DNA from: Rhodosorus marinus CCMP1338
Taxonomy: Eukaryota > Plantae > Rhodophyta
Assembly (NCBI GenBank): GCA_029953675.1
Contig: JAMWBK010000001.1
Span: 3,100,001 to 3,164,000, forward strand
DNA: 64,000 nucleotides
Reading direction: 5' to 3'
The notes below the pieces were generated by a model. The model saw only the letters and a list, made by a program, of their open reading frames with translations, searched no databases and was not told the DNA's origin. This document shows positions 1-11,454 of this stretch, piece by piece (the stretch's first letter is position 1; each line of letters begins with the position of its first letter). A program made the translations under genes and the position numbers.

Positions 1-775
1 CCATACGCACGCATAGTGGTTCTTTGTTGGGTTGGACCCGAACCGTGACAGTGCCAACCGTTTCCCCGTTGAAAACGAGGTCTTTGCTTACTCCCTCTAT
101 GCTCTCAAGAAGCTGACCGGTGGTCACGGAGGCATCAGCACATGTCCTGGCGTCATTGGCATCCACGGATACAGCACAGATAAACAGTACCGCAAAATAC
201 CACACCACCACCGCCTTCATCTCTTCGAAACGTTCTCAAGGGACTAGGGAAAAAATTGACCCCTCGATCGATAAAACTGATGACAAGAAACCCAAAAACC
301 TCTCTCACGGCGTGCTGAATCCTTGCTTCTCATCCTCCGCTTACCCCACACCGCCTCCACGAAAGGGAACTAGCTCTTCGTACCTGATATATCATCCGCC
401 AGGCCCTGTCCCTTGTAGTTTAGCTTATAGAAAATCAAACCCCCCCTTCCGCATTTATAGTAAACCAGCAAACCCTCCAATTAAACAAATTTATTCATAA
501 GGACCACAACCACCATTTAGCGCGAAGTCATCCGGCCAACTTCTCTTTGTAGATTTTCATTCTTACTGCTTGTTGTCAGGAAAAAAAAAAAATTCGATCA
601 TTGCACTGAATTGTGCTAGTAATTAGTCGGAACCAGACGGGACGGGCATAAATATTTAATTGTTTATTGATAATTCATGGATGACTTCTCATCGTAGTCG
701 ACCAAGATACTACAGACCAACGTTACAGCGTTGCGACCTTAACCCCGGGGGGGGGGCTACAGGCCCTAGCAACAC

Positions 776-957
776 CTTCGGGAAGTGTTCTGCGAACGCC
801 CTGAGCGTCTGTCGTCTTTGTTTACCCGTTTAAGTTTCTTGCTGTGGCGTATGAACGCTGTTTTGATGTTGGAAGCGCGATATCTTCGCCGCACTTAGTC
901 TTTTTTTCCCCCTAGCGGTTTTGTCTTCAGTCCCTGATTAAACAAATTCATTCATTT
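776..957 (+). mobile_element. 3'-terminal remnant of CRE-like non-LTR retrotransposon (family A)
   Basis: Encodes LREVFCERPERLSSLFTRLSFLLWRMNAVLMLEARYLRRT*, homologous to the C-terminus of ORF 17389..18207. Followed by the family 3'UTR (T-run, CCCCC, TTCAGTC..GATTAAA) and a TTCATTCA tail. Confidence 0.8.
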
Positions 958-1039
958 TCAACACCTGGGTCCTGCTCGCAGCTTCCAAACAATCGTTTAC
1001 AAATTAACAACATTTTGGCTTTACGACATTTTGGCTTTA

Positions 1040-1805
1040 CAACATTTTTCGAGCTACTATTGCATCGACATCATGTCCCCAGAGCCTGATACTCTGCCTC
1101 TGTGGTTGATTGGGCTACCGAACGTTGCCGCCATGACCTGTAGCTCACAACAGAAACAATCAGAGTTATCACTATCCCTCTGGTGCTCCGTCTGCTCTCC
1201 TGATCAACGCCCAATCCGAATCGCTATATTCGATTATCTGGTACGTGCGATCAGATTCTGATATGCTACCAGATTCCGAATATCCCGTAGCCTTTATTCG
1301 GCTGCTACCTACCGTACACTACTAAAACACTATGTACGCTCCATACCCAGACCCCTGTCCAGGGGTAGACATGAGGAGTGGTTAAGTGTCCCTTGCAGGT
1401 AACGGACGACTCTTTTCGCCTGTTCGTAATCACCTACCCTGTAACTACTCATCTTTCTCGCCAACTGTCCTACGGCGTGGGCAATGCTCGAGCGGGTTCT
1501 CGTGCTAATGTAGAGCAGAGAACCCACGAGCGCCTGGTAAGGTAAATTCGTCATCAGGTTCGCTGTAACGGTCTCTGCGCGCTCTTGGGTCGCCAGTGTT
1601 TTGAACTTCCGGCATCCAGACATGGCATAGGAGTGAATTAGCTCCTGCAAGTGCCCGCTCTGGTTGAGGTAGACAAATTTTCTCGGCCTATCCCTCACTA
1701 TCTTGACGCCCAAGAATCGTCCTCGCCAAGGAACTTCATTTCATACAGTTCGTTGAGCACCCTCTTCGCATCCGCTACGTCAGCCTTCCTACCGATCACC
1801 AGCCT
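1040..1805 (-). mobile_element. Ty1/copia RT-RNaseH fragment (decayed)
   Basis: Minus-strand motifs: KRVLNELYEMKFLGE, LGVKIVRDR, PYQALVGSLLYISTRTR, AKRVVRYLQGT. After a ~100 bp interruption come RNase H motifs IEYSDSDWA..RRST.G (~1190-1240) and VAQSTTEAEYQAL (~1090-1130). Confidence 0.85.
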
Positions 1806-4800
1806 CGTCAGGGAGTCGGCTTCACTTGCCAATGTCCGTCCAAATTGGAATGGCATCGTCGGCAATGTGTAGTCCAGTCTAGTCTCAGACGAGAAGCGGA
1901 ATAGAGCTACTTGCGTGTTCAGTTCTTGCGAGGGAAGATGTGCAATCTCCTCGAAGAGCTTGGCGTGGGTATTTTGGAGCTGACGTAAGGCTTCTTCCAC
2001 GTAGTGCCGAGTACCAATTGGGATAGAGTGGATGGTCACGCCTTCTCGGGAAACTTGCACATCTGCGTTATCTCGTGTGACCAGGCGCGCGGACTCGAGG
2101 TGATACCCGAAGACTGAGCACTTCTGAGTTTGTAGTTGGGCTTCGAGGGTCGGTAGAGTAGTTTTGCTCCAGAGTAGTGCTGCTTTCAGGGTCTTCAGGG
2201 GTCCAACCAGCGTGATAACATCATGTATCGCAGCTATGGTCAGGTGGGGCAATTGGCTCCGGAGCGCTTCCAGAATGGTGCCAGGGATAGGGCATGTAGG
2301 GCAGGTCCTAGCGGGTCTCCTTGCTGTACCCCGGTGGTCGCCTGCAGGTGTAGGCGGTTTTTGCTCAGGTGGCCTTCCTTGTCTTTGGGACGCCACTCCA
2401 AGAGCGTAGGGGAGTGTTCACAGTGCCTGCCATACCCCAGTCTGTAGATGGTAGCCAGTTCCGGATAGGGTTGAACGCATTGGCAAGGTCCAGCCTGAGT
2501 ACTGCCGATCATGGTTCGCAGAACAGGTGAGCGTGGACGGCGTGTAGTGACTTTTCGCAAGGCGCCACTTACTGCTAGGCCAATCTGCAGCGGTATTAGT
2601 AGCTCGCGGAGGCGCTTGGTAACCGAACTCAGGACCAACTTTGTCGCCAGTTTCCGGAGGACCTCTGGAACTCCGATCGGGCGAACTGCTGGCTTCGCCG
2701 GTCGTGGGTTGGTGGTAGAAGGCTTGACAAACGGCAGTAGTCGACTGCTGCGCAATGCCCTAGTCAAGGGGTCCGGAAATCGCTCGGGTGCCGTGGAAAG
2801 TTGTCTTATAAAGCGTAGCAGATGTGGTTGTACCTGTAAGTGTCCTCCCCGGAGGCCACTGGGTCAAGGGCTCTTGCCTTTCGGTTGTCTTGCGAGTTTG
2901 GCGAGGAGGCCCTCGTCGGCAGCTTGTCCAGCCAGGCAGCGCCCTCTGAGCTTTGCGTTGTCTCGTCTGAGAAGTTTCTGTAGAGCCTGCAATTGAGTCC
3001 GGGAGTGGTATCTCTTCAGGTTCCGGAAACAGATCTTCTAGCTGGTCCCGACGTTTGACTTGCTAGTTCCGAGGCCGTGAGGGCATGTGCTGCGTCTGAG
3101 AGTCGGCCCAGGTGTGCGAGCTTCAGGGCTTGTTTCCGGCGCCAATGTGCTTGTTACTGGGATGTGCCTGCATCCCGGGTCTCGCGAGCAGGTTTCGGCC
3201 GCTCCACATACTCCCCCAAGGCCGTCCCTACCGTATAGAAGTCCCCCGCGAGAATGTGTCCGACCTGCGTGCCAATGGAGAGCTCAGTATCAGGCCGGGG
3301 AGCCCGACAATGAGTAGGCTGGCGTCTGCTGGTGCCGTAGTGTCTCGAGCGAGCTGCAGGGCAGCACTGAAGAGGCGGCTCCAGTGATTGACCTGAGCTT
3401 CGGGGATAAACCTGCGCGTACGCACAGGGCAGTGTACAATGGGGGTCCATAGCCTGCCTCCGTCCGTGACCTCGTTGACAAATTCCGTCCAGCGTTTTAT
3501 CCAGTTCCGACAATTGAAGAAGAACAGAGGCTCTTCTCGTGGTCTTTTAGTTCCCCTTCGTCGGCTCGGCATCAATGCTGGGTTGCGTCCTGACTTTCCT
3601 GGAGCTCCATGGCCTGGGAATTGGGGGCGTTGTCCGGCTTGTCGTCAATGGATGCCGACGGCATCTCAGCGTCCATACCTGTGCCTGCCGCTGTCACTCG
3701 CGTGCGCTTCGGTTGAGGAGCTCCGCATTGGGGTTGCTTCTTCAACGTCCTCCTGAGGTAGTCGGGATGTCGCGCTGGAGGCACCCGGGGCGTCGGCGGT
3801 TTCATGGGCTGCCTGTGCATCCCTCTGAGGGGACGAGGCTTCTGGGCCTGCGTGCGCAGCAGTTGCAGGCTCAAGGGGTTCCACACACTCCCCGGCCACC
3901 GGTGGCGGGTGTTGCAGTGCATCTAAGTCCAAGGTCTTTTGAATGGCTGCTAGCGTGTTGAACGATAGATGCCGTTTCCCGAGCCGCGTACGAATCCGGA
4001 TGATGTTCGATGGCCCGATTCAGTGTCTGTGCCGCGATTTCTGCGTGTGGAATGCGTTGTCTTTCGTTATAGCCCAGAACGTTGTCTGGGTCCAGGGCCT
4101 GGCGGGTGCACAAGGTCACTTGCCTGTCGGGGTAGCGCAGGGTAACTGAGCCGAAAATCCCTGTCGTGAAGACTCCCCGGGTAATGGCGTTTTGACGGAC
4201 GCTTCTCCGTCCGTCCACCAAGGCCGGAATTGGACTTCGTCGCCTCTGCCTGCGGCTTTCTGCGCTGCGAACTCGGCGTACTTTGGCCGTGTGCTGCTGT
4301 TCCCGACGGCAGGGAATGCTTCTGTGTAGTGTGCCGGGGCTAGGACACCTGTCCCTCCCGAAGTTAATTGTTGATGGGTTCTGGCGCATATTGATTGACT
4401 GCCGCCGTCCGCGGGTGCTGCTCTGGGAGTTGAGGAGAGCTCGTAGTGGCTGGTCCACCTTGCCACATATGTGGTTTTTGTGCTAGCTCATTGAGACGTC
4501 CTGTCACTCCTTGCAGTTCTTTCGAACAATTTATGCGCGAATAAAGGGTGAAGACTGCCTGGTAAAAGTCGACGATGTCAGACTCGCCAATTCCGGTCTT
4601 GGTAGCACTGGTCGTCGCTGTGTAGCTGGTGGAGAAACGCGGCAGCTGAGTCGGCTGCAGCCTGCCCCTCTGCTCTGTTTTCTGCAGTCTTATCTGCGTC
4701 CTGTTCTGTCGTTGCCATGTTCCTCTGTTCTTCTCCGTATACTGGTGATGGTGCTGGTGCAGAGGCTCTTTCTCCTGTGGCGTAACCCCGAGGGCGGGTT

Positions 4801-4930
4801 TCCCGGGAGCAGAAGAGGCTCCGGGTACGGCCCGCGTACCTCCTTCTCTATCATTTACGAATTTATTTCCAAACCGCTATATTTTCCGATTTCCCCCAAA
4901 CTCCACCGACCCCAGACTACCCCAGACTAA
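1805..4930 (-). mobile_element. CRE-like RLE non-LTR retrotransposon, 5' region and RT, frameshifted, 3' end lost (family D)
   Basis: RT motifs LLPFVKP..RPIGVPEVLRKL, LDLANAFN (alternate frame), TGVQQGDPLGP, SIPIG, ETRLDY. N-terminal TRRFIP..W..LPGLIL region. YxDD is degenerate (AIHDV). Multiple frameshifts. Confidence 0.8.
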
Positions 4931-4939
4931 CGTAACCCG

Positions 4940-5570
4940 TAGTTTTCAAAGCACTTCTCTGGCTCCTGTTCGATGTCCATAAAGTTCCACCTGTTCAGCC
5001 ATCTTGCTATCTCCGTGCATACCTCGTCATGCCTACGTTCCCACAGGCCAGTCGACGTGAGGCAATGATGAAAGCGCGTTGTAGTCCATTAGCACCGTGT
5101 TTACCACGGCATCGAGTGCACTTTTCCGTAGTCCGCAGCCACGGAATCGCAGCCCCAGTAGTTGTCGGATATTCACCTGCTTTCGGTCGATCTCAACTTT
5201 TTCGGCTCCAGCGTCGGCAGTTCTCGCAACCAGACTCCCGATCCAGAGCCCGCGGCGGACCTGATTCGAGCACGATGTTCGCCGGAGAAGATGCGCGGAT
5301 TGGTAACCAAGCGATGAAATCGCAATGGTGTGCCTCCCGAGAGAGAGTTTGTTGTGTAGAACCATTCTTCCAATCGCCACAGTCTTCTGGGGCGTCTCCT
5401 GGGGGGTTTTCCCTAGTCTGCTGCAGGGTGGCGAGTCTTCTGATCCGGGGCGGAGTTTCGACTCGCAGAATGCGTTGTATTGCTCGAGCAGATGATGGGA
5501 TCTGGTCTGCGAGTTGTTCTGTGGACCATTTTAGTCGCGTCAGGGTGTGCGTAGCCAGAATTCTGTATGT
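4940..5570 (-). mobile_element. CRE-like fragment (post-RT linker to zinc-knuckle/RLE start)
   Basis: Frameshifted RARIRSAAGSGSGVWLRELP (cf. RARLRSLGGVISSQWLMTVP in 17389 ORF) and GLWERRHDEVCTEIARWL..EQEP (RH motif preceding the RLE). Confidence 0.6.
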
Positions 5571-5704
5571 ATAACCCCAGACTAACCGAACCCCGTAGCC
5601 TTTATTCGGCAACTACCTACCGCAGCGCCCTAAGGACAACTCTTCCGAATAATGTTCTACGAATAATGTTCTAGATCATTCTTCCAAACAAATTTCCAGA
5701 TGAC

Positions 5705-6200
5705 AGAGACAATGAATGAATCCTCAACAAACGTGTTTTTAATCGGAGACTGAAAAAGGTCGTTTCTGGCTCTTTGAGTTACCAAAAAAAATTAAGTTAT
5801 GTTCATTCTCAGCAAAAATGAGGCATCGTCAGGGCAATGAAGTGATTGATGCCCCGTTATTAAATGAATGATTGTGTTTAATCGGAGACTGAAAAAAACC
5901 CGAGGGGAAAAAAACGGGCTACGATCGCGAAGAGCGCGCGCCTCCAACATCAAAGCATCGTGCATACGCCACAGCAGAAAGCTTAGTTGGGTAAACAGCG
6001 AGGAAAGACGGTCAGGTCAGGGCGTTTTCGGAACAGCTCCCGAAGCCAACGAGAACCCACGGAATCCATAAATCCGAAACTCTCAAAGATCAACGGGACC
6101 AGGCGAAACCTTAAAAGTCCGTGAGCATCAGGGGCGGGAAGGCCGGAACGGTAGTCAGCAATTGAGAGCTCAGACAGCCACCCAGACTCTGCAAGCGAGA
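5705..6200 (-). mobile_element. Two family A 3' ends (short remnant ~5705-5760; longer remnant ~5860-6200)
   Basis: Longer copy encodes RLVPLIFESFGFMDSVGSRWLRELFRKRPD. Both end with TTCAGTCTCCGATTAAA and TCATTCAT tails on the minus strand. Confidence 0.8.
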
Positions 6201-6306
6201 TCGGTCGCGAACAAAAAATAATGTCCAGAAGAAAAAAACAAAAAACGAACCGTTCGGTCGCGAACAAAAAATAATGTCCAGAAGAAAAACACAAAAAACG
6301 AACCGT
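6201..6306. repeat. 53-bp direct repeat x2
   Basis: TCGGTCGCGAACAAAAAATAATGTCCAGAAGAAAAA(A/C)ACAAAAAACGAACCGT at 6201-6253 and 6254-6306; the unit end seeds the adjacent minisatellite. Confidence 0.9.
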
Positions 6307-6447
6307 TGGGAACCGTTGGGAACCGTTGGGAACCGTTGGGAACCGTTGGGAACCGTTGGGAACCGTTGGGAACCGTTGGGAACCGTTGGGAACCGTTGGG
6401 AAGGAACCGTTGGGAACCGTTGGGAAGGAACCGTTGGGAACCGTTGG
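6301..6447. repeat. 10-bp minisatellite (AACCGTTGGG)n
   Basis: Ten perfect units 6301-6400, then AAGG + 2 units, AAGG + 1 full and 1 partial unit. Confidence 0.97.
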
Positions 6448-6720
6448 CCGCTCCGGGTGCGCTTCTAGCACCCGGAGCGGCTCTCTTTCCGATCTTCTTG
6501 CTTGTGCGGGGTGCGTGTGAACGCTGCTTCGATGTTGGACGCGTGTGATATTCGCCTTCACTAATCCCTTTTTCCCCCTCGGTTTTTGTTTTTCCATCAC
6601 CAGTAAAACCCATTCCTTCAATCACTCTATAGACACATTCATTTCAGCGGCGGTTTTAATTACATTAATTCAGTTATTGAAGACAGAAACCATCAAACAC
6701 ATTCATTCATTTAAGTTCAA
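6447..6720 (+). mobile_element. Degenerate family A-like 3' remnant
   Basis: LRVRF*HPERLS...VNAASMLDACDIRLH* matches the family C-terminus. T-run/CCCCCTCGG 3'UTR and CATTCATTCATT tail. Confidence 0.65.
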
Positions 6721-6799
6721 CATTATTTTTGTTTTTTTTCAAATTTGAACACCCCCCCTCATTTTAAAATTAAAACAATTTTTGGCAGCGGATGAACCT

Positions 6800-7230
6800 G
6801 TTCATTTCATTTTCAATTGACTTTATTAGAATAGCCTGAAGCGCTACGCAAGGCGTGAAAGGGAACACTAAGAACTACGTAGGGAAGCGTGCAAACCCAG
6901 GCGCCTATGGCGCGCTTCGGAAAGCATGCTACTCGAATATCGCCACAGAGAGACGCTTAAACGTTCCAAGTATTCAACAGGATGCTCAGTAAAACATTTC
7001 CGCAACCTCTCCAAACCCGACTTCTCCACATGACCAAAACTTTCCACAATGAAAGGCTGGAAGCGGAGGGAGCGACCCTCAGCGCGAGGCAGACTGGCCT
7101 TACTCTCGGCATACCGTCGTTCCTCACTCGGCGAAGGGCCGAAGCAGCATATATATCAGTTGGGATCGTACGCCGTTTTGCTCGCAGATTCGGGGATACC
7201 TGAAGAGGTAGCTACAGGCGGACAAGTTTC
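6800..7230 (-). mobile_element. CRE-like 3' fragment (family B)
   Basis: Reverse complement closely matches 11040-11400 (AASALRRVKERRYAES, FQPFIVESFGHV, TTCACGCCTTGCGTAGCGCTTCAGGCTAT). Confidence 0.85.
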
Positions 7231-7273
7231 ATATTATTACTTTGTAGCTAAAGTGCACGGGATTTAAAGTTTC

Positions 7274-8780
7274 ATGAGCCGCGGGTTGGTATTATTCCTG
7301 CTCGCCGGGATTGTCGGTTTGACGGTTGGCGAGAAGACATGCGCCACATCGTTTAGTGCCACATCGTTTAACCCCCTTGTCTCCTCCTTTTCAGCTGAGA
7401 CAGGTTGCTTTGAACTGGGAGTCGGAGAAGAAGATGAACTGGTGGGAACCGTGAATGCCAGGAATGTCGTGAAGACCCAGGGACCCAACCAGGGGCAGCC
7501 CTGCATCAGATTCGAGTTTCGGGTCCGTAATGGACTTGGGATTAGACGGGCCAAGGTTGGACTATGGAACAAGGAAGTTCCTCGGAATCAAAGTCGATTC
7601 ACTCGCAAGAGGAAGTTTCTAGATAATGAACCGAGCATGGTGAGAGTAGACGCGTGCATGGAACATATACCGACCGACGACACCTGCTGTTCAGGGGAGG
7701 AATTTTCGCCATCGTTGGTACTGGAAGCGAAAGTTCGAATGGACGACGGCAAAGTGCGTACTGCTAGCCTGGTTCCAATTAGAGCACCGCCAGCTCCCGT
7801 CACGATGCGGACCCCGAATGTCCGAAGAGCACAACGTCCTCCTGATTCACTTTGTCTGACGAACACCATCCGTGCATGCGAAGTCTTTACCGATTTGGAC
7901 GCGGAAACCTTCTGGACATGCAATTTCACTATTGGGTGCCAGACCGTCGGCGGCGTGCCGGATTTTTTTGGCTTCAATCGTTTTGATATTGACGAGGGAA
8001 AAGTTCAAGTCGCGGGTTTACCTGGCGTAGATGTCGCACCGAACCGGTTCGAACTGTCTATTTACGAAATTCCAGCTTCCCCAACGCCGCCCGTCCCGGG
8101 AGCAGCCTATTATGCTGCGGAAGCACTCACGGTGGTCCGTCGTCAAGCAGTGTCAGGACAAAACAGGGAAGGGCTCCAAACGGTGATATTCGACGTGCCA
8201 GAGCTCCCTGAGATTAGAGCAGTCGCTTTTGCTTTAGAGGCCTTAGTACTGGAACAAGAAGATACAAGGTATGCCGTGAGGGAAACAGCGCGACGAGTGT
8301 TACTGGATTTTATCAGCTTCAGCGAGTACCGGGTTGAAACGAATTCAGGCCCACTCGAGCTTGAAATGTCAGCAGAAAATTCCCTCTTTGGTAGATTACC
8401 GGACACTGGCATCGTCGGACGGATCGGCAGCGCTATCTGTGGGTTTTGCTTGCCCTTAGGCGCGGAACCGAAAGGAGAATGGAGCGTTTTGCCCCCAGGC
8501 AAACCAGATGACAGCCTCAACGAGGCCCAGTTCCCACCTGAATTTGCACGGCTTCCCGGCAATTGTATTTATGAGGCACGAATCGAAACTATCGGAAATG
8601 GGTGTATGGAGGTCGATTTTGAATTCCCCGGGGTAAGGCCAAAGCTTATGCTCGTTCTCGTATCAATCTCTTTTCTTGCTAATCGATACTGGCATATGCG
8701 CGCCCGTCCTACATCTTTAGATGCTCGAGGTAGAAGAGGTTGTCCAAGGCCAGGTTGTGTGCAAGTGCGTTCTCATCTAA
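7274..8780 (+). CDS. Secreted Cys-rich protein of unknown function (~472 aa, 2 exons)
   Basis: Signal peptide MSRGLVLFLLAGIVGLTVG. Exons 7274-8632 and 8721-8780; 88-bp phase-0 intron GTAAGG...GCTAAT...TTTAG. Exon 2 = MLEVEEVVQGQVVCKCVLI*. N-terminal domain is homologous by eye to that of the 45488 RTX protein. Confidence 0.8.
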
Positions 8781-9059
8781 AACACTCCTTCATGGGCAAT
8801 CATAGACGCTGCCGTTAAACACTGCTAGAACAACTGGACATAAGTGGGACGACCATCGCATTACCACTAGGTGAAGAGGTGGCCCATCTTTTCCCAGCTC
8901 TTCGTTCGTTCGCTTTGAATGCTTGCTTTCCGATTAAGGTGGAGACTAAGCTATCTGTGTATGTGTTCGGGCGGGCAATTGAGTGATGGTTAACACTACC
9001 GTAACTAAGCAACCGTACATACGTTTGTCCCTGCAGTTACAACAACTTTGAAGTGAGTC

Positions 9060-9345
9060 GCTTTTTCAATAAATTCCTTCAATCGAAAACTGAAAGAACA
9101 ATCGAAGGGGAAAAACACTATCGCGGCAAAGCCATCACCACTATCGCGGCAAAGCCATCACCCCTCCAACATCAAAGTAGTATTCATAATCCACGACATG
9201 CGACGCAGACAGGTCAAGGATAATGAAGAGAAATAGTGATGCTTCTCGCGAAACAACTCGCGATGCTCACCAACGGAATCCATGAACGTTAAACTTTCAA
9301 TCACCAGCGAAACCAGGTCATTTATTTGAATGAATGATTTAATCG
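9060..9345 (-). mobile_element. Family A-like 3' remnants with internal 21-bp tandem duplication
   Basis: Revcomp shows LVSLVIESLTFMDSVGEH-like segment and T-run/CCCCC 3'UTR. CACTATCGCGGCAAAGCCATC duplicated at ~9117-9160. A second tail CGATTAAATCATTCATTCAA lies at ~9326-9345. Confidence 0.65.
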
Positions 9346-9349
9346 TTGC

Positions 9350-11410
9350 AAAGATCAGCTTTGGATGTGCTCGTGAGGGTGTCCGGTGCTAGTTTTCGGT
9401 GGTTTTGCGTGACAAGTGGGTTCTTCGGTGGGAGGCGCTTCTCTCTGCTGCCTTTCCCCCTGTTTTTTCGGGTTTTGTGGTTGGTAGTCGGGTCATTCAC
9501 CTTTTGGTTGTTAGGTCCTGACGGGGTTTTTTCTCCTGTGGAGTTGGGTGGTGTGTGTTTTCGGCGGGGGAATTGGTGGTTAAAGTATCGTCACTAAATT
9601 CTCTCGTGATGGTAGAGGTTTCCCCGCCCTTCTCCCTCGGGAGCGGAGCTCCCTGGCAACGAGGTGTCCTTCGGGGTTGGGCTCCGGGTGTGTCTAAGTT
9701 CGGGCCCCTTCTCTACGCAGGTGGAGCTGCAGGGCGCCACTGGTATGGAGGTGCGAGCCCTCATGTCAGCCGCATCCAAGGGTTGGAGCACCACGGCGTC
9801 GGTTTCGGGAGCAACAACTTCGTCCAAGCCTCTTGCGAACGAGCAAAACTCGGCACAAGCAGCTCACTGACGCCATTGAGCGCCTCCCAGACAGCATGCT
9901 GCAATCGGTCTGCTTGCTTTCCCGCTTTTGTGCCGGTCCCCGACTCAACTACTGGTTGCGTAGCCTACCACCCGACTGGGGTTCGTGGATCGCCGCCAAG
10001 GCCGACGAGATGACGCTGAGCCACTGGGGCACGCTCTTGGATGAACCCCTCGACCTTGAAGCGGCTCCCGACCGGGACTTAATTCGTGCCCAGCTCGCTC
10101 TACCGTTGCGCTTAGGGGGATTTGGTGTCGTAGATCGGGGACTCGTTTGCTCGCCTGCGGCGGTCGCCTCCTGGGCAACCGCGCTCCGTACCTTGGTGAC
10201 TTTCCGGATACAAAGTGCCTGCCTTTTGGCTCGAGCACTGGCTGGCGAGGACCCAGCGACCCTTTCGCCCCGGATTTTGACGATCTATGATGGTCTACAA
10301 CAGGCGTTCCAGAAGTGCAACGCCGTGCCGGACGAGAATCGATCCCGTTTTCGCTCCCGGCGGGAACTGCTATCGGGACGAACTGAGGCGATTGAGGACT
10401 CACCCATTGACAGAGTTCTTACCGATGAGGGAGAAGCTAGCCCCGGGTCACCTGTTGCAGATTACCCAGGTCTGAGCCGATTGTGGAGCTCCCGCACTGA
10501 TGTGATTCAACATAGCCTCACCTGGGGCCAACACAGTGCCGCTCACGCAGTCTTGCTCAACTCTCCCCTCACACCGCCTACCACCCCCGCTCGGCTTCGC
10601 GGCATGGGAGGCCATCTCTCGCACCTGTGGTTAACCACTCTGCCTTCGTCGCCGGGTCACCGTCTCGATGCCTTCCAGTTCCGCTCCGCCGCAAGGATCT
10701 ACTTAGGTTTTCCACAAGCCCCGTGGCACTCTAATCGGCCGTCTTTCTGTCAGGGATGTGAGAGCCGGATTGACGCTTGTGGCTACCATTTCTTGGGTTC
10801 ATGCGGCCTGTTGCGAGGTCTCCGCACGAGGAGCCACACTCGTCTCAAGTACATCCTAAGCGAATGTTTAGCTCGGGTAGGTCATACGGTTGAGGTGGAA
10901 TCGGAACTACCCAGATCGGTCTCGGACACGGCGCCGCCCCGCTGTATCGCAGATCTTCTTGTATCAGACCCTGCCGCCCGACGCTCAGCATATGTTGACC
11001 TCGCGATTACATGCCCTGTGGCGAGCCCCCATCTCACAGCTGCCGCCCGCCGCCGAGGGGCAGCCGCTTCGGCTCTTCGGCGAGTGAAGGAACGACGGTA
11101 TGCTGAGAGCATGGCCGCGTCTGACCTACGCCGAGGGTCGCTCCCACCGGTTCCAGCCTTTCATTGTGGAAAGCTTTGGTCACGTGGATAAGTCGGGTTT
11201 AGAGCGGTTGCGGAAATGTTTCGCTGAGCATCCTACTGAGTACTTGGCGCTTTTACGGCGTTTGAGTGCCGCCCTGTGGCGATATTCAAGCAACATGCTT
11301 GCCGGGGCGCGCCATCGGCGCCTGGGTTTGCACGCCTCCCTCCCTAGTTCTTATTTCCTTTTCACGCCTTTCGTAGCGCTTCAGGCTATGCTATTAAAGC
11401 CCAATAAAGC
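9350..11410 (+). mobile_element. Internally deleted CRE-like element (family B): GT-rich 5' region joined to RT thumb, zinc knuckle and RLE
   Basis: ORF 9833..11191: PRLNYWLRSLP, RAQLALPLRLGGFG, CQGCESRIDACGYHFLGSC..RTRSH, IADLLV..YVDLAITCP. The frameshifted tail contains FQPFIVESFG. RT core is missing. Confidence 0.85.
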
Positions 11411-11454
11411 CAGTACAGGAATGCAGGGCGGCTTGCAGCTCAAGAAATAAGCCT

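Noticed and set aside
1-520. ORFs 32..247 and 120..500 and a C/A-rich tract
   Set aside because: No recognisable domain; may be the flank of an element extending outside the window.
6301-6447. CRISPR array
   Set aside because: Contiguous 10-bp units with no spacers; no cas genes; eukaryotic context.
6170-6625. ORFs with TVPNGSQRF / WEPLGTVGNR repeats
   Set aside because: Translation artefacts of the stop-free 10-bp minisatellite.
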